The notes under the pieces: model-generated
The model's input: the letters and a program-made list of their open reading frames with translations, nothing else
Told to the model about the DNA's origin: nothing
The model's database searches: none
DNA from: Podarcis liolepis
Taxonomy: Eukaryota
Length of the DNA: 64,000 nt
Reading direction: 5' to 3' (one strand)
Assembly: GCA_965112155.1 (NCBI GenBank)
Contig: OZ218103.1
Made by a program: the position numbers and the translations under genes
In this document: one piece after another, positions 27,322-39,377 of the stretch
Numbering within the stretch: the stretch's first letter is position 1
Layout: each line of letters begins with the position of its first letter

Positions 27322-29644
27322 AGTGCCAATCCTTACCCTAGCACAAAAAAGTTTGTTAATACCACCATGTATGCATCAGATACCTTCGTACTGAAAAGCA
27401 GCCATATTTTTGTCCAAATGTGTTATGTTTATACTTTATCAGCTTATGCTTCTGAGATCTAGAGCAGCTCATCAACCAAAAAAAGTGTCATTTAGCATTA
27501 CATACAAATGAGTGGCTTCAGTTTAATTCTCTCAAAAAGTATGATCACAGTGACTAGGATCTTGAGCTTCTTTCCAACGATGAGAGCATATGGTGAACAG
27601 AATTCTACTGATGGAATGTTCCTACTGTCAGTGTGTGTGTTTAATTACTTTTAACTGCTCCCCTCTCTGTCCTGGCTCCCATTCCAAACCAACAACAGGT
27701 GCACTTACCGGAAGGGAAAGCAGCAAACTTACAGCAGTCTATTGGTACAAACTCAGCAGTTAGGCAAGAGCAAATTCTAGTTTCAGCCATTCTTACAAGG
27801 CAAAGGATTAGCAACAATAAGTCTGGTCTGAGAGCAAGAGCCAATGTTCAGGAGCCGGGATTAGTAGCAAAGGTTCCAAAAGTTCCAAGACTGCATAGAA
27901 GCTGCAACATTGTTCCAATGAGCTTCCCTGCCTACCCACCGAGCTTTTTAAACACAGTTTCCCACCAGGATGTTTCATTGGATTGCAAGCCCTTCCTTTC
28001 ATTGAAGGGTGATCAGGATCCAAGCCAACATATTTTTCATGTTGGAATGCCCCAAGTGTCAAGTCTCCTCAAAGATTGCAATCAGCAGTAGCAGCAGCAG
28101 TTGCAAATGACCACACATTCCCAGCAGTACCAGGACTGGAAGTAGGCAGTCTGGACACTAGTCAAGTTCCCAAGGCACCATTCCTGAGGCACATGAATGT
28201 GCTAAATAAATGTCTAAATAAAACATACAAATGTCATAAGACTACATTGTGATGACTATACAGGATGCCCTTTCTTATAAGAACTACAGTAAAAGGAACA
28301 GATGGTTCTATGTAATACAGTGAGAAAAATTACTGAGTGTTGTGGGACCAATCTGCAAGTGGCCAGTGTGAATCAGGGCCACTGGGTCTGGATCCCTGAC
28401 TGCTTTGTGAATGTTATGTTCAGCCACATTTGTAGTGATCGACATTTTAGCAATAACAGAGATGGATCCATTTTTCAGACTTTGCTTCCCAATTAAGTGG
28501 CACAGCAAAGCAATGCCACCGGGAACTGGTGAGTGATGTAGCTAACAAATTGTCTGAAGCAGGTTCCTCATGAAAATACGGCATCTTAGAGCTAACGCTT
28601 CTGCTCACTTTGTGACTCTAGGTGCGAACTAGTACCCCCAAAGCTAAGGATTTAACTCTCCTTAGCCTCTTTGGATTGGGTCCCACAAAGCAGCACTCAC
28701 ATTAATTGCTGAAGCTGCTTGGAAGTAAGGGTGGCCCCGCAGTCTAATAAGTGGCTTTTGTGAGCCCTTTGAAGAAGCAGCCTCACTAGAAGGCTCTTCA
28801 AAATCAATAGGCTCTCATAGTAATTTTCTGTAGCAATAGGACATCACATGATAAATGATTCCCTTCAGTGGAACAGATGACTCTCTTACAGCTACGTCCA
28901 ATTTATCATTTGATATTTCCTAGAGGACTGATCAGAAAACAACACATCAATGTTGGAGAGCTGCTTGGCTGTACTAACCCTTCTATGCACTTTCCCTCTT
29001 AGGGCGGGCAAAAGTTAAAGGTTTATCTTCATGGGTGTTTTCAGTTTTCTCATTTGGGACCCCTGGCGGCGGCAGCAGCTGGGGAAACTACAACAGCATC
29101 TGGAATTATTACTTCTGGCCACAGGTTTTAGAAATCCCTTTGTGAAACGACTTAGGCAGCCAAATCATATTTCAAGTTGAAGCCCCCATTTAGCTACCAT
29201 TTTAGTTATTCTGAAGTTTTCTTTTAAGGATTTTTCAACACAAATGGCAGCAGCACTAGAGAAGCTCTGTGAACCTGCTTCAAAAGCCCAGGTATTCTCT
29301 CCCATGTATGATGACTTCACATAAGGGAGATAGTGGGGATGAGCCTATTGGCTCCACCCCTCAATTGCAATCCTGCAGCTTGCATCCCCCCCATCTCCCA
29401 TGTGCCAGGAAGGCGAAGCTCTTCTTGTGGAGCCTTGCTGCATGAATTAGAACCCTGTTGCTTTAGCATTACTCAGAGTAGAGCAGGCTCCCTGCTGAAC
29501 CTCAGTTCTCCAGCTTGCAGAGGGCAACAGGGCCAGTCACAGAGGAGTAGAGCTAACATGACTACCTAAGTATTATTCTAGCTGGAAGGAGTGAGGGTGG
29601 CGTAAGTAGTATATGATTTCCCAAACCCTGCACTAACACTATTC

Positions 29645-29777
29645 CAGGGATGGCGAACCTATGTTGTTGTTGGACTTCAACTCCCATCATCTTTGACCAA
29701 TTGCCATGCTGGTTTGGAATGATGGGAGTTGCAGTCTAACATCATCGGGTGGGGGCCTCAAAAGTACCCCATTCCTG
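29645..29777. mobile_element. Fold-back hAT MITE (older copy)
   Basis: CAGGGATGGCGAACCT...GGACTTCAACTCCCATCAT...ATGATGGGAGTTGCAGTC...CCCCATTCCTG. Confidence 0.72.
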
Positions 29778-30338
29778 ATCTATACATATGACTACATCAC
29801 CACGTTCGTTATAAGCAGAATGCAATTCACTTTATGTATCCTAGAATCCAAAATAATTAAACACTGCAATCCTATGCATGCCTACATAGAAGCAGGTTCC
29901 GTTGTATTCAGCGGGTGTTCTCCCCAAGTGAGTGAGTTTAGGGTTGCAGGCACGCCTCTAGAGCCTTCTTGTTTCTTTCTTTATGGGTAGGATACAAGCT
30001 ACTAAAATATTCACAAACAGGGAAAATAGAAATTCCCCACCCTACTTCCGCTCTGAGATGATGATATAAATAAAGAAATTGTTCAGGGTTGTGGGGGTTT
30101 TTTAGACGTACTTCTTGAAAGCTGAAGTCAAGAGACTTGTTTCTGAGCTGTTTTCACACATTACATTTTTAGTGAGTTTTGCAGATACTCCACAACTGCC
30201 AAACTGTGGGAACTGGAGGCTAAATTTACCACTTGCTTTGCTGTTCATGTGACTGAATCCATAGCCAAAGCAAGTCATTTCAAATGCCATTTTCTTTCTG
30301 AGAAATAAATAAGTAGAGAAAATAACAGACTTGCACTA

Positions 30339-30580
30339 CAGTGGTACCTCAGGTTACATACGCTTCAGGTTACATACGCTTCAGGTTACAGACTCCGCTA
30401 ACCCAGAAATAGTGCTTCAGGTTAAGAACTTTGCTTCAGGATGAGAACAGAAATTGTGCTCCGGCGGTGTGGCGGCAGTAGGAGGCCCCATTAGCTAAAG
30501 TGGTGCTTCAGGTTAAGAACAATTTCAGGTTAAGAATGGACCTCCGGAACGAATTAAGTACTTAACCCGAGGTACCACTG
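30339..30580. mobile_element. Tc1/mariner-superfamily (Tigger/pogo-like) MITE
   Basis: TIR CAGTGGTACCTC(A/G)GGTTA at both ends, TA flanking each side (30337-30338, 30581-30582), internal GCTTCAGGTTA repeats. Confidence 0.9.
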
Positions 30581-30624
30581 TATATGTGTACCTTTTCCAG
30601 GAAAGATTCAAGTTCAATTCTTGT

Positions 30625-30992
30625 CTGTTTGTTTTTTTGTTCCATTTCTATCCTACCCATCCTCTCAAAGGAGTCCAGGCAGCCAATATCAAAGTGGAAA
30701 AACAATACAACCACATACTCCCCACCCCACAACTTTTGAGGAATGTGGAACTACCAAGAGGGCCCCCTCTGCTGAGGGTCTGTAGGGAAGGAGGCGGTCT
30801 CCCAGATAGCTAGGACCTAAGACATTTAGAGCTTCAAACAATCACACAAATAACTTGAACTGGGCCCAGAAACAAGCTGGCAGCCAATGTAACTGTTTTA
30901 TAACAAGGGTTATACGTGTTCTAAGGGCAACTCCAGTCAGTAATCTGATAGCTGCAGTTTGGACCAGTTGGAGTTTCTGAGTGATCTTCGTT
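30625..30992 (-). mobile_element. L2-clade LINE 3' fragment
   Basis: Peptide KITQKLQLVQTAAIRLLTG...RITLVIKQLHWLPACFWAQFK in ORF 30842-31075. Confidence 0.82.
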
Positions 30993-33900
30993 CCATACTG
31001 TGGATGAATCATCTCAGTCCGACAGGTACTCCTAGACACTGAGATCAACTGGGCCTCAAGTGTCAGTGTAAGCATCAGTGCAATCCTTACACTAACAAAA
31101 GTGTAAGGATTTTAAAAAAAGATCATTGAAGATTTGATTCTCTTTGTTTTTCTCCAAACTGCCAGTCAGAATCCAAGTAGTAAACTAACTACTGCTAGGA
31201 CTGTACCATATACTTTACCAAAAAACCACACACACACACACATACACATATTAAATCAAGATTTATTACATGAATCTCTTTATTTTAGTTCCCGCTGAGA
31301 CACCTGATCAGGTACATGGAATTTAAAAGGGAAATAAATGTTGCAGAGAAAATCAATTCTCCAGTATCTAAAATTTCTGCATGTCAGATTCTCCTTGGTG
31401 ACAGTCAATCATCCACAAGAAGATATATTACTCTGACTGGGAGAAAGGATAGGGGCCAAGAAATGTTTGAAGGGTTTTAGCCAATTATTCTAAGAAAATG
31501 TAACAATGATCTTTTTCTTCCTACCCCTAGCAAAAACGTAACAGAAAATGTGCAAGCTGAATTTATTAAATGTATAGATCACCTCTCTACCCCAAAGCAC
31601 TCAAGATTGCTATTATATTTTAACCCAAACAACACAATTAAAACAACATTAAAATCCCTTAAAGCAAGATCTTATTGGGGAAACGTTGTAACTCAGACTC
31701 TAGCTCTGGAGCAAAACATATTTTTTGCACATAGAAAGTCCCAAGTCCTGGCAAGATTTCTCTCTGGAAAGCTGCTTCCTGTTAGCAAAGACTACATGGC
31801 CTGACTAGTAGAAGCACAATATGTCCTTACCTTTTTATTAAAATGCCTACACAACATTCTCAAATGAGCCTTTTTAAGCAGAGTTAGGTTGACAGCCCAA
31901 AGAGCTTGTTAAATAATTGAGCAAACTATGCAAGCATTGGTTTATTATTTCTGTATAGGCCTGGCCTTACTTTTAGGCAGAGTGAGGTTGGTGCTCCAGG
32001 CGGCAATTATTTAATTAATTACCTTATTTATTTATTTATTTATTTATTTTACTGCCAGGGACTTTTTACTACCTGTGGGATTTCCCATCTCAGACTTTTT
32101 GCATCTTTACATGGGGGACTGAAACACTATTTGCTGCTTCACCTCGGGCAAAAAAGGAAATGTCTTGCCTTCTGTAACAATTGTGAAAGTTCCATCATAG
32201 GGACAGTTTACTTTGCCTCCTCCCCACGCAGCACAGTCAAGTGTGCGTGGATGATTAGTCAGACCATATTTGAACTAGAAAATATTTCAGATGCCATCTG
32301 GATCTGTCCTGTGGGCTGAAGCAGATGTCAAGCTTACATGGTTACATACTAGATTTACCCATAAAGTTTGATTAAGTGCAGATCAGGTGCTCTCTATGAG
32401 CTGATGCCTTAAGACAACATTTTATAGGATTGGGGACTAGGGCAATACTCTTCAAGTGGCAGGAGGGGCATTCATCATTCATGCCAGAAAAGTGGCCCAA
32501 ACCTTCTCCTTCCTTTATCCATCCCTTGGTTCCCGAATGCCCCACATATGCTGCATTGATCTTTGCCAGGGCTGTGAGGACAACACTACAAAATACAGCT
32601 TGTTCCTCAGCCAGGCAGTCAGAGGCAACCCTGAGGAATCTGATCTGTATGAAATTTGATATAAACTGACCTGATCCACACCATCACAGATTAATGTGCA
32701 AATTGAACCATGGTTTTGGTTTGGATGTCACAGTTCTCTGAAATTTGTGGTGCAGTTTTGAGCACATTTTAAAAAAACACAAAATGCAGTTGAAATTGTG
32801 CACCTTAGGAAAAGTATGTTTGGAAATGTCTGTTTTCAGCATAAAAATACATTTAGAAATGTGCATCAAAGTGAGAATATGCTTTCAAAAAATGTTATTT
32901 AAAAATGAATTTAAATATCAATTTTTATGAAAAAAAATCCAGATTATACAGAAGTGGGACAACACAGATTTATGAATGGACACAACCAAAAGTAATACAG
33001 ACCCCAAATACACCAATGCATCCATCCCTGGCAGAGATACAAACATTTACTGCTGCTCTCTAGCAATAATGGTAAGAAATGGTGTTTGTTTATTATTATT
33101 ATTATGGCAAACAGCCAGCATAGGTAAAAAATGGTAAATAAAGCAAAAGGATGCAGCCAAGCACTAGTATTTCTGCTGCGACAGCTTCTGTGCAATCAAG
33201 TTATATTCACTTAGAAAACAGTCCACAACTAGAAGATCATACAGAGAAACAGTCTGAGGACTGTACCATTTCATACAGATCAAGGCGTTTTTCTATGTAA
33301 AACAAATCCCCCCCCAAAAAAAACCCAACACACAGTTGTCAAGAGAAATGGGGTGTTGCAGTGAGACAGGGAACGCAAGACAATTCACTGGGGCAGTCTT
33401 GCAGAACTGCCTTTCCATTCATGTGAGACCTATCTAGATACAAGCCTGTAACTGTGGTCACCAGTTGCTGTTAGCAACTACTGTGTTATTTTCCTAGTCG
33501 TCTTTTCCCAGAAATCCTTTCTGATGGTAAAAGGTGCTGCCAGCTGTTAAGGAGTGGGATACTACAGCATGCAGCTGTAGTAATACCCTAACAAATAGCA
33601 AGCTTTGCCTTGATGAAAAACTTCGTTTTACAAAGAGCAGGAAGGGCACTCTTGAGATTATTCCTTGCAGATTGTGACAGCATTTATCCCATCATTAAAG
33701 AGATATATTGAATCTTCATTTTCCTTTCAGCTGGATAATCTTTATAACAAATTATACACTTTTTATTACCACTAAACACAAGAAGACTTTTAAAATCTGA
33801 GCTATCCGCTATGACTGCACTAATTCTCTACACCTGGCATTGGAAATTAAAATACTTCATAGGCCTGCAAGTGTATCTGTGGTGTGATGAAGGTGGAATT

Positions 33901-36900
33901 AACTCTAGATTAAATAGGCTTCTTTCCAGAATGCTATATAAATATATTCAAACCCGATTAGTCTTATTAAGACAGGGCAGGGATTAAAGGATCCCCTTTC
34001 TGTGCATAAGTTGATTCAGAAAGTACTATATAGATTCACAGGAAAACTAAGGCTATCAAATATGCAAAACCACTATGTTCACATCCCTCTGTTAAGTGTG
34101 TTAATCTGAAGGTGATCTGCAGGAACCAGTAGTCTATGTGTCCTTCCCTGCCCTAGACTAAACAAACTGATCTATAATTATGTTGAATCATCTATTGGGG
34201 AGGGGGGCAGAGAAGTAGCTTGTAGGCATTGTATCTCATACAGTATTTGTAACATGCTTAACAGTCCTCCGAAATCTGCTCTTATAATAACCCTTTGAGG
34301 TGGCTTGCTAATATTCACATACATGCAGCATTTTCAGATATGTATTTTATTAAGATATGTCCTTTACAAAAATGCCTGGTACTCCATTTTCTGCAGGTAG
34401 CTTTGATGTTAAAACCAAATTATCCACATTGATGAAGGCCTTGCAAAGCTAAATACATTTTTATTTTAAAAAGGAAACAAAGAATTGAACTGTATGACTA
34501 CTAGATTTTACATTTTCAATAATGGGGAAAACATCTATTTTTTATTGTTGTTTTACTATGGAGTAGCTTTAATGCCTTAGGAACAAGCTGACCAGAACAA
34601 CCATGGGTCATCACTGAAAGGGAATAAAGGAGCCATCTTACCACCTACCTTAAGAGTCACTCATTTGCCTGAAACACCACCCACAAAATCAGAACCCCCA
34701 ATTTCAAGATTCCAGCCTAGAATATGACCTGATTAATAAAAGACTCCATTCTTTATCAAGGGAAAAGAGCTTATGGTAGTCACCAGGATCTGTGCCACCA
34801 TATAAAACTCCTATCTACCTCCATCTGTCTTGCCTCACTAGTTGGACATCCATGTCCTCTAGCTCAAACCTTTGGCTGCAAAACACTGAGCTGCCTCTGA
34901 GTACTTCCATCTGAGCAGGTTCCTGAGGGTTCCACCTTGCTCTGCAGGATTTGCCCAAGACAGGACATTTTCTGAAGCTATATAATGATGCCTTCACTGC
35001 CAAGCTGTTAACTCAAATGAGCACAAAGCAGGTGCCATACCTTGTCTTTTCCAACACTATTTGAAGACAGGACCTACTCTAAAATGGGGCAAATTCATTT
35101 TAACAAATGAAACCAGTATGGAGTTCCACAGGGAGGGTGTGCATATTAACAGTGAGAAACTGGCTGCTCTATCTTCACCTCCTCTAATTCTATATTATGA
35201 GAATAATAAAACTGTTTGTATTGCAAATGCAGCTTCCTAGTCTTTTGTGCGAGGCCAGGGTGATTTAGTCTGATTCATATTTGATTCTCATCGCTGTGCA
35301 TTGCATTTAATGGATTGTTTGCTTTAATGTTTTGTTAAAAAATTGTGCTGGGTGAAAGTTCTCATCTACCAGCTACCATCCCCATTAGTCCTTCTCGCTG
35401 TTAGAAGCAGACAATCAGGGAAGCTATTTTCCAAGAACTTTAATTTTTTTCCCCTTTTGTGTCCACGAGCTTATCTTATATTAACATAAATTCTATGGCT
35501 TTCTTATCTGGACTCTGTCGATCCAGTGTATTCATAGGAGTAGTGCATTTCTCATCTGCTCAAACCTATCACAACTCAGTTCTACATCATTAGCTTGCTG
35601 CGTTGAGACACAACACAATTTTTATTCTTTAATATTCATACATAAGGTTGTAAAGCCATTGTTCTCCAATTTCTAAGCATTAATAGTCACAGATCTACAG
35701 TTGTATTTTCTTCAGAAGAAGATTTATTTTTATAAGTAATTAACTTGAATTATAGCTTTCAGCAATACGGTATAGTTTCACATTCATTTACTAGTTTTAC
35801 TTTGATTCTTTATGCCTAACTTTCCTTGATTAGGAAAACTTCAGGGCCCATATTGTGGCTACCTTTAGTCGCAAAAGTCAGTGGTATGTTTCCTCTTGGT
35901 CAAATTCATATACTCACTACTTGAGAAAATTTCAAAATATGCATAGGTACTGGCAGTGCAGGCAGAATGTGTTTGCTACATGCCCAAACAGGGACAGGAA
36001 GGTCCTGCTAAACCTAGAGTCAGGCCTACACCCATGTCTGTTTCACCATCTAGCCTGCTTCCTAGCTCAGCATATCCAAGGCTGACCCAAGGTCGGTCAG
36101 TGAGCTTCATGGCTGACTGGGGATTTCAATCCAGCACCTACTGCAATATTATAATCACCATACCACACTGGTTCTCATACCATTGTACAATATGCCTCCC
36201 CTCCCCTCCTCATGTAGACACTTCAGTTGACTCTATCCAGAGACAATAGTCACCTCATTTGAGTTCAACACTCCATCAGAAGGATGGAAAAGAAGCAGGA
36301 ATGAGAGAAGCTCAAAAGCATGAGAGAAAGAAAAATCAATAAGAGGGGTTGTCAGAAATAAAACGAGAACCACAAAATGCTATTAAGTAGTACTTCTTCA
36401 TTTATTGGGGTGTCTTTCCTATTGTTAAATATCCATATTTGGGGTGCTGTTTCTGGAGGAGCAGGACAGGAAACATTTGGTCCTGAATTCAAAATTAGCA
36501 AGGGAGGGTATGTAGTAGTTTCTAATGAACTGTCATATGTTTTCTGCTCTAATTATCCAGATACTAGTCCATGTCCCATATTATCCTGGTGGTATGGTTA
36601 CATCAAGGAACCCCAACTGTATAGTAATATTCAATTCTCAACAGGTTTATAGGGGGAAGAAAATGAAAATTGCTCACACAAACACACAAAATCATTGTTT
36701 AAATCAGCCGAAAGTGAGCACCACTCAACATAGGCTATTAACTTCACAGAAAGGTGCCCATGCAATTTGGATTGTCAGCTGCAATCACAGCAACAGGATA
36801 ACATGCCAGGCAGTTCTGAGTTCTTAATATGGGGTGCAGTTTATTGCTAGAGAATCAGCAAAAAGCAGAATCTGCACTGGAACCCCAAGGGCTAACACAG

Positions 36901-38663
36901 AAAGCAGATGCTATAAAACTTGTCTCAGCCACAGGGTCAACAATGAAGAATACTAGTTTTTGGCAGAACATAAAAGCAAATTGTATTGCCATCTTCTTTG
37001 TTGATAAAGGAAACCAATGTTATATCTGATGATGAATATTTACCTTTATAATAAGGCTTTCGTATTGCATTGTTATAAGTTCAAAGCCACATTTACTGAC
37101 TTTCTGGATTCACTTTCAAAACTGCCTAAAAGCATTATAGAACTTTATGGGTTTTTTTATTGTGAATATAGTCCCAAATGTCTTTAGGTTACCCGAGGTC
37201 ATGAAAGGCAGGTAAAGATCCCTTTCAGGAAACAAGTTCCATCTTCAGTGCAACTCAGCCTCTTAGAAGGTTACTACCAAAAATAAGGGCTCCCTACCTT
37301 CATGCTCATAGGCATAAATTAAATGGATCACCAGCTAAGGTCAGAAGAAATATTTCTCGCTGGTTTAGTTTTATGCTTCAATCTGAACGATGCATTCTTA
37401 AAGAAGATGTTAGCCCTGATGTTTCTTTTTCTGTTTATAAAGCTTATTAATTTTACAAGTGGATACCTAACAGACACACAATGCAAAACTATTATTGTCC
37501 ATGGTCTGTTTTATGACAATGAGTGGTCCCATGAAAACATTCGGCCATTTTGTTTCAGAAGCCAAGAATGAGTTGCCTTTTGAAACAAACAAAGGAATCC
37601 CTTGGGCTTCCAATGCAGCTCCAGATATTCATGCCATTTCAAATTTTGGCCTCACTCACCCCTGCATGTGATAAAGCTGTGTGCAGCCCACGGATTCTGT
37701 GTTGAAGTACTCTTGCAGCCCACTTGGTATGAAAAGTTGTGCCAGAGCATACTTCAAGTGGGAAAGTGTTCCACAACTAGGGCACAAGTGAGAAGGCAGT
37801 AGACAATTTGAAGGCAACTTGTTATGAACATAAGTCACAATTCCGCATGACAAAGGTCAGCTCACGTGCCAAATAGGGCTGCCCTAGAATATCTGAGCAC
37901 AGAGGGGGTTCATTTATTGCAGGGGGTTGTTCTTGATTACTTTTGAATTCACTTAGTGTTAGCATTTGCCCAGTTTCTATTTTAAATTGCATGATCCATA
38001 AGGTCAACAGTTGATTGTATTTTTGTCCTTCAATACTTCTTAACAAGTTGGAAGAGTTTAATAGAAATTAAATAATTCATATCCCATGTATGCATGGCTC
38101 TTCTGATAATGCTATTTCTAGGGTTATATATAACACAACCTAACCCACAACAGTGGAGGCCCTTTTGTATCCTTTGCACATGAATGTGCTTGCATGTGAG
38201 CAACACTGACCTCACCTGCCTTCCTAATGTAAATTTAGGATTTGTCTTCTATGGAGTGTACATTGGGCACATATATTTTAACTGGCTTGTTGACTGATAG
38301 ACATGTGGACATTTCATGACTCCTGATATTTGCTGACTATATGACAGACAAATGGGACCTGCAACAAAATGTTATAGATTGGAGAGCTTCTGAGTGCCAG
38401 TCAGTCAGCCATGTCCTTTTCTAGGATACTGCAGTTGCATCCTGACTCCACCCCAGTCACCATTCTGTGGCCATCAAGCACTCCCAGTCTTCATTTAGCT
38501 GCTTTTGATTCTGCCTCCCTCCTGATTCTTTTTCTCATGAAGATTTTTTGTACATCTGCAAACTTTTGGGCTTTCAGAACCTGCTAATACTTCCCTCTTG
38601 TGCCCGGAAGGCGTTGTTTTGGCTACATAAGAATCCACACTCGTTAATGGGTTTGCTATTAGG

Positions 38664-38777
38664 CAGGAATAGCCAACATGGTGCCCTCCATCATCCCTGG
38701 CTGTTGGCCATTCTGACTGAAGCTGATGTATGTTATAGTCTAACAACATCTGGAAGGCAACATATTGGCTACCTCCG
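38664..38777. mobile_element. Fold-back hAT MITE (older copy)
   Basis: CAGGAATAGCCAACATGGTGCCCTCCA...TCTGGAAGGCAACATATTGGCTACC inverted termini with the family core. Confidence 0.65.
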
Positions 38778-38849
38778 GTATAGCGTAATCCGTTTCCATT
38801 TCAAATACTGGTATATTACTTTAGGGACAGTTTTGACCATATAAAGGTA

Positions 38850-39200
38850 CTCCTACTCTTTGCTTCCTGATACTTAACTTGTTCCTGATCCACAAGAGGA
38901 ACTCTCCTTTTATTCCATGACTGCTAAGCTTACTCAGGCGCCTATTCAAGGTACCTTGTCAAATGCTCTTTGAAAGTCCAGGCACACTATGTCAACAGGA
39001 TCATTTCTATTTTTATTGCTTGTTGACACTCCCAAAGAACTCTGCATCAGCAAGGCTTGTTCTTCTTAATGCATGGTTATTTTATCCTGAACATTTCCCA
39101 CCAGTTTTCCAGGGACAGATGTTAAGCTAGTCGGCCTGTAGTTTCCAGAATCCTCCCAGATCACTGTTTTAAAAATTGTGTTATAGTGGCTATTTTCCAA
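38850..39200 (-). mobile_element. CR1 LINE ORF2 (reverse transcriptase) fragment
   Basis: Peptide EDSGNYRPTSLTSVPGKL (ORF 39066-39320) matches the CR1 RT motif; the fragment is degraded. Confidence 0.82.
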
Positions 39201-39377
39201 TAATGCATCTCCATAGAGCTTAAATAACACACAAACAGAGCAATCCCCCACACCCTTGGCAGCTTTCCAGCAGTATTGAAGCCCAGAGATTATACACCAC
39301 TCTAGTAAAGGCAGAAACACAAAGCAAATTATAGAAAAAGAAGTTCCCCACCATCACATAATTTATGTAGTCTATAG

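Noticed and set aside
28251-28337. Box C (GTGATGA) and box D (CTGA) pair suggesting a snoRNA
   Set aside because: Weak terminal stem, no recognisable rRNA/snRNA guide and no host gene; such pairs arise by chance.
30346-30535. Spaced GCTTCAGGTTA repeats that look CRISPR-like
   Set aside because: Eukaryotic DNA with irregular spacing; these are internal repeats of a TA-flanked MITE.
33545-33596. Hairpin followed by ACA, as in an H/ACA snoRNA
   Set aside because: Pocket-to-ACA spacing is too short and there is no ANANNA hinge.
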